A DNA stretch of 24,000 nucleotides from an uncultured Nitrospiraceae bacterium. GTDB lineage: Bacteria > Nitrospirota > Nitrospiria > Nitrospirales > Nitrospiraceae. Made by a program: the position numbers and the translations under genes. Of the stretch, positions 16,965 to 24,000 are shown piece after piece; positions within the stretch are counted from its first letter, which is position 1; the number at the start of each line of letters is the position of its first letter. The notes below the pieces were generated by a model, which was given only the letters and a program-made list of their open reading frames with translations, searched no databases and was not told where the DNA came from. The DNA is taken from NCBI GenBank assembly GCA_963742465.1, contig CAVUMA010000001.1, forward strand, positions 106,581-130,580. Reading direction: 5' to 3'.

Positions 16965-17823
16965 AACCGCTGAGATTATCAAAGCCAGCAAGCTTCCGCC
17001 GGAAGGCGTCAAGCTGTCAAGAATGATAGACGCGGTGTATTTCCTTCCGATTGCGTATCTTGGGGTATTCGCAACCTTTCATATGCACTTCGACCTGCTT
17101 GCAGGAGACTGGGATTTCTGGATCGATTGGAAGGACCGGCAGTTTTGGGTAACGGTGACACCGATCGTGGAAGTTATGTATCCCGGGGCAATCATGTACT
17201 ACTTCTGGACGTTCTACCGGCAACCGTTTGGTGCGACGTTGAGCATCACGGGACTCCTCGTCGGGAAGTGGATCACGATTGTGTTTGCTTGGTACTGGTG
17301 GGCGAACTTTCCTATGAACTTCGTCATGCCCGCCACCATGGTCTCCAGTGCGCTGATTCTCGACTGTACCCTGTTGCTGACCAGGAGCTGGATGCTCACA
17401 GCGATATTCGGGGTATGGGCGTTCGCGATGATGTTTTATCCGACACAATACGCCCTGTTCGGATACAGCAAGCAACCGATGGTAGTGGATGGTCAGCTGC
17501 TCTCGCTGGCCGATTACATGGGATTCACCTATGTCCGTACTGGAACGCCTGAATATATCCGGATCATCGAGGTGGGTTCGCTGCGTACGTTCGGCGGTCA
17601 CACTGTCTGGATCTCCGCATTCTTCTCGGCCTTCGTCTCCATGTTGGTCTACACCATCTGGTGGCAAATTGGGCATTTCGTCGGCCAGTCTTTCTTCTGG
17701 GTCAAGGGCAAACGGGGTGTAATGTCACGGAAGAACGATACCATGATCGTTGGTACGGATGAGTTTGCACTGAGGCATGGAGGGTATACCGGGGAGTTCC
17801 ATTGCCAGAGCGACCCACATTAG
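16951..17823 (+). CDS. amoA: Ammonia monooxygenase subunit A (comammox clade-B-like)
   Basis: ATG at 16951 with RBS GGAGG 6 nt upstream. [31 protein letters not shown]...[21 protein letters not shown]...[31 protein letters not shown]...VKGKRG is collinear with AmoA/PmoA. TACTTCTGGACGTTCTA at 17200..17216 (peptide YFWTFY) matches my recollection of the clade-B comammox amoA primer site. Confidence 0.93.
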   Translation: [290 protein letters not shown]

Positions 17824-17836
17824 CAGAAGGGAAATC

Positions 17837-19102
17837 ATGAACGCTAAAAACATATTTAAATTATGCGTGATCGGCTCCCTTGGGATGGCAACACTCGGGC
17901 TTACCCTGGTGTTCAATGCCTCACCCGCTGCCGCCCACGGGGAGCGCTCTCAGGAACCGTTCCTGCGGATGCGTACTGCCCAATGGTACGATACAAGGTG
18001 GAATCCTCAGAAGACCGCCGTCAACGATGAAGCGATGCTGTCTGGCAAGATCCATATCGCTGAAGACTGGCCACGGGCCGTCGTCAAGCCCAATCGTACG
18101 TTCATCAACGTGGGTAGCCCCAGTTCGGTGTTCACACGTCTCAGCTCGAAAGTGAACGGGACACCGATGTTCACATCGGGCCCGATGGAGCTCGGTGGGG
18201 ACTATGAATACGTGATCAAGTTGAGAGGCCGGTTACCTGGTCATCACCACATCCACCCGATGTTGGCCGTCAATGGGGCCGGCCCTGTTGCAGGGCCAGG
18301 GGGCTGGATGGATATCACAGGCAATTATAAGGACTTTACCAACCCGGCAAAACTGTTGGTTGGAGGGACCATCGATACGGAGACTGCAGGTCTGGCGGCC
18401 GGACTCTTCTGGCATGCGCTATGGGGTGGTCTCGGCTTTGCCTGGATCGCCTGGTTTGCAATCAGACCGATGTTCCTGATTCGCGCCCGTGTACTGGCGC
18501 AAGAGGGAGGGGACGCACTACTCAATGACCCAGTCGACCGAGTAGTGGCCTGTGGCATGCTCGGAGTGTGCTTTGTTTTGATCGCCATTGGATTCTTCAG
18601 CACGGACTCCAGGTATCCTTATACGGTACCTCTCCAGGCTGGTGAACCAAAGATCAAGGCAACTCATTTAAAGTCTGACCTCACGATAAAGGTGCTCGCT
18701 GCAGACTACGACGTGCCTGGTCGCGCCCTGCGCATGACGCTTCAGGTCACGAACAGCGGTGAGCAGCCTCTCAGGATCGGAGAGTTCACGACGGCAGGAA
18801 TCCGGTTCCTCAACAAGGTCGGCGCGGCCAACAACCTGGACCCGACCTATCCTGCTGAAATCATGGCAGTAGACGGCTTGCATATGGAAGATGAGTCCCC
18901 AATCAACCCAGGCGAAACCAAAGAAGTCAAGCTCGACTCTCGGGACTCGCTCTGGGAAGTGCAGAGATTGATGGACATGGTGAACGATCCGGAGCAACGC
19001 TTCGGAGGGCTCATCATGGCTTGGGACGAAGCTGGCAATCGCCACATCAATAGTATTGCCGGAGCCATCATCCCGGTCTTTACTAGGGCCGCTGCAAGCT
19101 AG
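17837..19102 (+). CDS. amoB: Ammonia monooxygenase subunit B
   Basis: ATG at 17837, 13 nt after the amoA stop. The signal peptide ending AAA|HGERSQEPFLRMRT gives an N-terminal His. GHHHIHPM supplies the HxH of the CuB-type site. Two TM helices are followed by a C-terminal cupredoxin-like domain. Confidence 0.93.
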   Translation: MNAKNIFKLCVIGSLGMATLGLTLVFNASPAAAHGERSQEPFLRMRTAQWYDTRWNPQKTAVNDEAMLSGKIHIAEDWPRAVVKPNRTFINVGSPSSVFTRLSSKVNGTPMFTSGPMELGGDYEYVIKLRGRLPGHHHIHPMLAVNGAGPVAGPGGWMDITGNYKDFTNPAKLLVGGTIDTETAGLAAGLFWHALWGGLGFAWIAWFAIRPMFLIRARVLAQEGGDALLNDPVDRVVACGMLGVCFVLIAIGFFSTDSRYPYTVPLQAGEPKIKATHLKSDLTIKVLAADYDVPGRALRMTLQVTNSGEQPLRIGEFTTAGIRFLNKVGAANNLDPTYPAEIMAVDGLHMEDESPINPGETKEVKLDSRDSLWEVQRLMDMVNDPEQRFGGLIMAWDEAGNRHINSIAGAIIPVFTRAAAS

Positions 19103-19125
19103 GGGTTTAAACACGTGCAAGCGTG

Positions 19126-19174
19126 AAGCCGACCCGCCACCGTCGCGAGACGGGATGGCGGGTCGGCTTTTTTA
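19126..19174 (+). terminator. Rho-independent terminator of amoCAB
   Basis: 13-bp perfect stem AAGCCGACCCGCC ... GGCGGGTCGGCTT followed by TTTTTTAT, 24 nt after the amoB stop. Confidence 0.85.
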
Positions 19175-19802
19175 TGGAATAAGAAGAAAGGTAACAGCGA
19201 CGATAACTCGCCGGTGGGATACTTCTTCAATTCACGAAGAACGAATTGAGGCGGCATCTGCAATTGTCTTTATCGCCACCGACCAACGCCACCAATGCCG
19301 ACCAGCCACGACGATCGCACGATCGAATGCCACCAATGAGCACCAACGACGACTGGAGCATCGTTCCTTCCGCAGTCCGTGAAGGAGAGGGATAGACCAC
19401 GTTTCTATCAATATGTCGTTTTATTTAATCGCAGCTATGTATCACATGCACGCCAGGCCGTACGATGCTCCAGTGGTCGTGGTGGCGGGGGTTACTCTCT
19501 GGAGTGGCAGTTTACGTGGGTGGCTGGCTATGCCGAGATGCCGCAGGTCATCGCCGCCCTCGAGGCCGAGCGCGCGGAGCGCAACCTCGGTAGCTCCTTC
19601 ATGCCGCGGGGCTATATACATGACGAACAGCGTTAGTCGTGACTCCTGCTCAGATTGGGAGAAGCTTACGGTGTGTCCCTGTACTGAATACGCGCGCCTT
19701 CTTTTGCTGTCGCTGCCACAGCACAGCGAGGTGAAATTGTCCGAGTTATAGACCACACCACCTTCAAAGTGCGCTTTCAGCAGTCGGATGAGGAGCCTCG
19801 CA

Positions 19803-21191
19803 TCAGCCGTCTGCAATCTTCTTTAGCCGTCGATCGAGCGAGAAGCGAGTGAGACCGAGCTGCTTGGCAGCCACCGTCTTATTGTAGTTCGCCAGCTGCA
19901 AGACTTCATCGATGATGGCCCGCTCAATGTCGGCCAGGGTCTGTTGTCCGAGCTTCATATCGATTCGAACCATCGAGTCTGCTCCAATTCTTGAGCCCAC
20001 AGCCACGTGCAGCGCGTTCTCACGCAACTCAATTGGCAAACAAGTGGGTGTAAGCGTGCGTCCCTGGCAAAAGATCATCGCCCGTTCGAGGATATTCTGA
20101 AGTTCGCGAACGTTCCCCGGGTATTGGTATCGCTCCAGCATCGCACGCGCTGCTGGGTCAATATCGGGAATCGGTTTGCCGAACTCTTGGGCAAATCGCA
20201 CAATGGCGCGTTGGCAGAGCGGCAGGATGTCTTCGACCCGCTTCCGTAGTGGAGGGATCTCAAATGACACGACATTGAGGCGAAAATAGAGATCCTCCCG
20301 AAAGGTTCCGCGCCCTACTTCCCTCTTGAGCTGCCTGTTCGTCGCCGTAATCAGACGAAAATCTACCCCAAGATCGTCGGTGGCGCCGAGTCTCCTGAAA
20401 GATCGCTCCTGAATCACCCGCAGCAATTTCGCCTGCATCGACTGATCCAGGTCGCCGATCTCATCGAGAAAGAGGGTGCCGCCCTCCGCTTTTTCAAGCA
20501 GGCCGAGTTTACGTTGATTGGCGCCGGTAAAGGCTCCTCGCTCGAAGCCGAACAATTCACTCTCGAACAATTCTTTGGGAATCGCGGTGCAGTTGACACC
20601 GATAAACGGCCCTGCCGACCGCGGCCCGTTGTGGTGAATGACGTGCGCCAGGAACTCTTTCCCTGTTCCGGTTTCACCGAGCAGCATCACCGATGATTTG
20701 GGACTCTCAGCCACCTCCCGAACCTGTTCGAGCAACTGCTTCATGGCAGGACTGTGAGCTTCCAGATTCTTCATGTGGTACCGGCTATCCTGCAGGCCCC
20801 GTTCTGACTCAAGCCGCTGGCGGAGCCTCAAGACGTCCAGCGCCCGAGCGATCACCGCATCGATGCCCTCCATATCCACCGACTTGATCATGAAGTCGTA
20901 CGCCCCCAATTTCATCGTTTCCACCGCGTCCTGCACCGTCCCATAGGCAGTCAGCATGATGACGATGGTGGCAGGAGCCAGCTGGCGCACATGCTTTAAC
21001 GCCTCGAGACCGCTGAGACCAGGCATCCTCACATCGAGCAACACAAGATCAGGGAGGTTGTGTTGCAGCCCCTCCAACAGCGCTTCGCCTGACTCATACC
21101 CAACGACGTGATGGCCTTGCCGAGTCAGCCGTTTGGTGATGGAAGAGCGAATCGCCTGCTCATCGTCGGTCACAAAGATGACTGCGTGCAT
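19803..21191 (-). CDS. Sigma54-dependent (NtrC-family) response regulator: REC + AAA+ + Fis-type HTH
   Basis: Intact 462-aa ORF. Receiver domain (DDE...LVLLDVRMPGLSG...K), Walker A GETGTGKE, the sigma54-contact motif ERGAFTGA, and a C-terminal HTH (NKTVAAKQLGLTRFSLDRRLKK). Confidence 0.9.
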   Translation of the reverse strand: MHAVIFVTDDEQAIRSSITKRLTRQGHHVVGYESGEALLEGLQHNLPDLVLLDVRMPGLSGLEALKHVRQLAPATIVIMLTAYGTVQDAVETMKLGAYDFMIKSVDMEGIDAVIARALDVLRLRQRLESERGLQDSRYHMKNLEAHSPAMKQLLEQVREVAESPKSSVMLLGETGTGKEFLAHVIHHNGPRSAGPFIGVNCTAIPKELFESELFGFERGAFTGANQRKLGLLEKAEGGTLFLDEIGDLDQSMQAKLLRVIQERSFRRLGATDDLGVDFRLITATNRQLKREVGRGTFREDLYFRLNVVSFEIPPLRKRVEDILPLCQRAIVRFAQEFGKPIPDIDPAARAMLERYQYPGNVRELQNILERAMIFCQGRTLTPTCLPIELRENALHVAVGSRIGADSMVRIDMKLGQQTLADIERAIIDEVLQLANYNKTVAAKQLGLTRFSLDRRLKKIADG

Positions 21192-21194
21192 GGG

Positions 21195-23126
21195 CTAAGC
21201 TTTTCCCTGCTGGATATCTTGGGATTGAGGCAGCCAAATGCTCACGATCGTGCCTTCTCCAACCGCGCTTGTCAGATGGATCTCCCCACGATGCCTCTCG
21301 ATAATATTCTTGCAGATCGCCATCCCTAATCCAGTTCCATTACGTTTCCCCGACGTAAAAAATGGTTCGAAGACGCGGGACAGCACTTCTGGTGAAATAC
21401 CTTTACCGGCATCTCGGACTTGTATCATGATGCCGGGCTGTTCCTGGTGGAGGAACTGATACGCCGCGATTTCCATGGACAATCCGCCCGTGGGAGAGGC
21501 ATCGATCGCATTGTCGATGACGTTTATAAGCACTTGCTCGATTTGGTCTCGATCGGCGTGCAGATGGTCGGCTCCCTGAGATATGGAAGTTCGGACCTTG
21601 AGATGTTTAGCCTGCAGAGGCCCATTCAGCAATTTGAGGATATGGTTGATGAGGTCGGACAAACACAAATTGAACCAGCACAAGCTCGCGAGTCCTCGCA
21701 TACTCCACAATCTGATTCACGATCCGATCCATTCGTTTGGCCTCGTGAAAAATCACGTCGATCTCAGCGCGTCTTGGATCTGCCGGCTCGAACTCATCCA
21801 ATAACAGCGATGCCGTCGAGCCGATCCCGACCAGGGGATTCCTGAGCTCATGGGCAATGCCGGCCGCCATCTGTCCCAACGTCGCCAACTTCTCGGTCCG
21901 GCTTAACCGTAATTGCAGGGTATTGAGCGCCGTAATGTCGATATTGAACGCCACATAGATCGGATTGGGGCTGTCGAGATCAGCGATCGGCACGCGCCGG
22001 CTCAAAATAGTCCGTACGCCTCCGTCTGCGTGGACAAACCGGAAGATCAGTTCGCACTGGCGGCTCGCCGCGACAGCCTGTGAAAATTCCGACAGAACAC
22101 GGCCTACATCTTCAGGATGAATTCGTTCACGGAAAGTGGCGGGGTTGACCTGTTCGTCAGGATCAAGCCCGGCTAAGACTTGATTGTGTCGATTGCTGAA
22201 CGTGACCTGCATCCCCTTCGTCGTAAAGATGCCGATCGGCGCGTTATCCACCAGACCGCGGTACTTCGATTCAGAGTCGGATAAATGCTGGTTGAGTTTA
22301 CGGAGCGACGCCTCGGATTTTACCACTTGATCGAACTGTTCCTGAACCTGCCGACTCATCTCTTGCATCACCCTGGTGAGGCCTCCGATCTCGTCTTTCC
22401 GGTCCAACACAGGGATGATAGGACAAAGCCCGCCGGATGACTCGGCAACGGCCTTCGACAGGTCGACAAGAGGGACCGCAATCGATCGGGCAATCAGATA
22501 GAGCGCACAGACGATGAACCCAAACGTGAATAGTCCACCGCCTAAAATTGCAAGAAGTGTCGACGTGCGATCTAGGCTCATTTGAGCGAACTCTTCTAGC
22601 GCGCTTTGCTTCTCAAATTTGTCGAGTTGTGTCATCCAACTCCGAAACTCTGACATCAGCGCTCTTCCTCGCCCTTCGTTGATATACTGGAGCACGACCG
22701 ACTTTCGGCCGGACTGAAGCTCTTTGATGAGCCCTTCCTTCTCTGCGACGATCCGGCTCACGAGGGCTTCAGCGTCCTTGAAGTGTTGCTGCTGGTCTTC
22801 TGAAAGTCTTTCCTTCAGGTCTTGTCCGACTCCACGAAGGTTTTCCAACGCTTCTTGATACGGCTTGAGATCGCGCAGCATCTTCGGTCAACACATATCC
22901 ACGAAATCCGGTTTCCAAATCGACCACCAGCCGCATGTATTGAGCTGCAGCCTTCTGGGTAAGATAGAGATTGTTCAGCCGCTCTTCATCCTGCGAAAAT
23001 GTTTGCAGGTTGACGTATGTCACGATGCTGACGAGGATGAGGGAGGCGAGAGGGATCGTAGAGATGAGGAGTAACTTGTGAATGAATCGGAAGATTATTG
23101 AACAGGCGGGCGATATGCTTGTACAT
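21195..23126 (-). CDS. Sensor histidine kinase (TM-CHASE3-TM-HAMP-PAS-HisKA-HATPase). About 3 apparent frameshifts.
   Basis: Pieces: MYKHIARLFNNL | FIHKLLLISTIPLASLILVSIVTYVNLQTF...LVVDLETGFRGYVLTED (CHASE3-like) | MLRDLKPYQEAL...second TM...HAMP...PAS...H-box GIAHELRNPL... | ...N-box VLINVIDNAIDA, DAGKGI, GTGLGMAI. Frame breaks near 23085-23095, 22882-22886 and 21700-21712. The stop lies 3 nt before the regulator start. Confidence 0.8.
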
Positions 23127-23317
23127 GGAGTCTCCGTCGCACTCTTGTGAGTGCCTAGGATCTAGATCCAGCCATTGTCAAACATCTCTCTGCTATGTCA
23201 CGAGTTCTGACCAGGTGACTCTTGCGGTCAATGGGCCGAAGTCATGGGAAGAGATGTCGCAGCTGTTCCGTGACTGAAGAGCCAACGAACCAATCCCAGG
23301 GACGACTTTATCCTTGG

Positions 23318-23716
23318 CTACTTCCCCGCCTGACGGCGTAGCGCGACATACTCTAATGCCCGGTTCACGACCGGTTCTACCAGCTGGAGATCCACGGTCT
23401 TGATGATGAAATCATAGGCCCCCAGTTTCATCGCCTCAACCGCTTCTTCGACTGTGCCATATGAAGTCAGCATGATCACCACCGCATCTCGCGCTTTCGC
23501 GCGAAGTACCTCCAGGATTTCGAGCCCCGTTCTCCCAGGCATCTTGAGGTCGAGGAGAATCAGATCGGGAAGATTGGGAAGGCCTTTCTCAACCGCGGCC
23601 AGCAGCTCATCTCCTGACTTGAAGGCCTGGACTTGGTGCTGGCTCTGAGACAGTCTCTTTACCAGTGCGTTGAGAATCAATGGTTCATCGTCTGCGACAT
23701 AGATGCTGGCTGGCAT
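23318..23716 (-). CDS. Single-domain CheY-like response regulator receiver
   Basis: Intact 132-aa ORF with RBS AAGGAG. DDEP...LILLDLKMPGRTG...TSYGT...KLGAYDFIIK receiver signature and no output domain. Confidence 0.85.
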   Translation of the reverse strand: MPASIYVADDEPLILNALVKRLSQSQHQVQAFKSGDELLAAVEKGLPNLPDLILLDLKMPGRTGLEILEVLRAKARDAVVIMLTSYGTVEEAVEAMKLGAYDFIIKTVDLQLVEPVVNRALEYVALRRQAGK

Positions 23717-23845
23717 TTCGGCACTCCTTTCTATCGAGTTCAGGAACCTTATCGTATGACTATTCAGGCTGCGCAGGAATCAATCACCTCGATCATCCCG
23801 CGACTGCCAGGCGATGACAGCGCTGAGCGCCATGCATCTTCTCCT

Positions 23846-24000
23846 TCAGGCTGGGAAATTCAGCACGGATGATCGCTCGCGGCGAATTCTGGTCAAAAAG
23901 CGACTCTTGAGTTCGGCGCGAGCACGGTCAACACCGATTTCGTGGTAGGGCGCTTCGGCGAGCAGCAGAAAGCCGTCATCGGGGATGCGGCCGTCTTTGC
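23846..24000 (-). CDS. 3' end of an unidentified ORF that runs off the window end
   Basis: The minus frame is open from the window edge to TGA (23846..23848): ...KDGRIPDDGFLLLAEAPYHEIGVDRARAELKSRFLTRIRRERSSVLNFPA*. Third-position GC looks coding-like, but I recognise no family. A plus-strand frame is also open over part of this stretch. Confidence 0.3.
   Translation of the reverse strand, partial: KDGRIPDDGFLLLAEAPYHEIGVDRARAELKSRFLTRIRRERSSVLNFPA

Noticed and set aside
23158-23169. Perfect 12-bp palindrome GGATCTAGATCC upstream of the kinase gene, with a nearby TTGACA (23177..23182, minus strand)
   Set aside because: Several perfect 12-bp palindromes are expected by chance in 24 kb. The only -10-like hexamer would need a 19-nt spacer.

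Overview
The window is a single ammonia-oxidation gene island of the kind known from complete-ammonia-oxidising (comammox) Nitrospira. Minus strand, 1..9149: the 5' part of haoA, a stand-alone secreted CycH-Ig-domain gene, then the cytochrome c maturation operon ccmIHGFEDCBA. Plus strand, 9946..19102: three AmoE/AmoD-family paralogs, copC, a copD-cytochrome c-thioredoxin-fold fusion, an IS1595-family insertion sequence, then amoC-amoA-amoB with a clean intrinsic terminator. Minus strand, 19803..24000, convergent on amoB: a sigma54-type (NtrC-family) response regulator, a CHASE3/HAMP/PAS histidine kinase, a CheY-like receiver and a partial unknown ORF. No rRNA, tRNA or CRISPR was found. Most gene content is established biology. 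Points worth a second look: (i) a three-fold tandem amplification of the CcmI/CycH Ig-like domain, with a clear purifying-selection signature; (ii) copC-derived relics ahead of the amoD paralogs that record serial duplications; (iii) an IS element about 50 bp upstream of the amoC promoter; (iv) a perfect 13-bp GC hairpin plus a duplicated amoA 5' end that forms an upstream mini-ORF; (v) a Cys-less thioredoxin-fold and cytochrome c extension on CopD; (vi) a sigma54 two-component module beside amoCAB with no recognisable sigma54 promoter in the window. About 17 apparent +/-1 frameshifts interrupt otherwise well-conserved genes. I read these mainly as consensus or assembly errors, and every frameshifted gene call depends on that reading.
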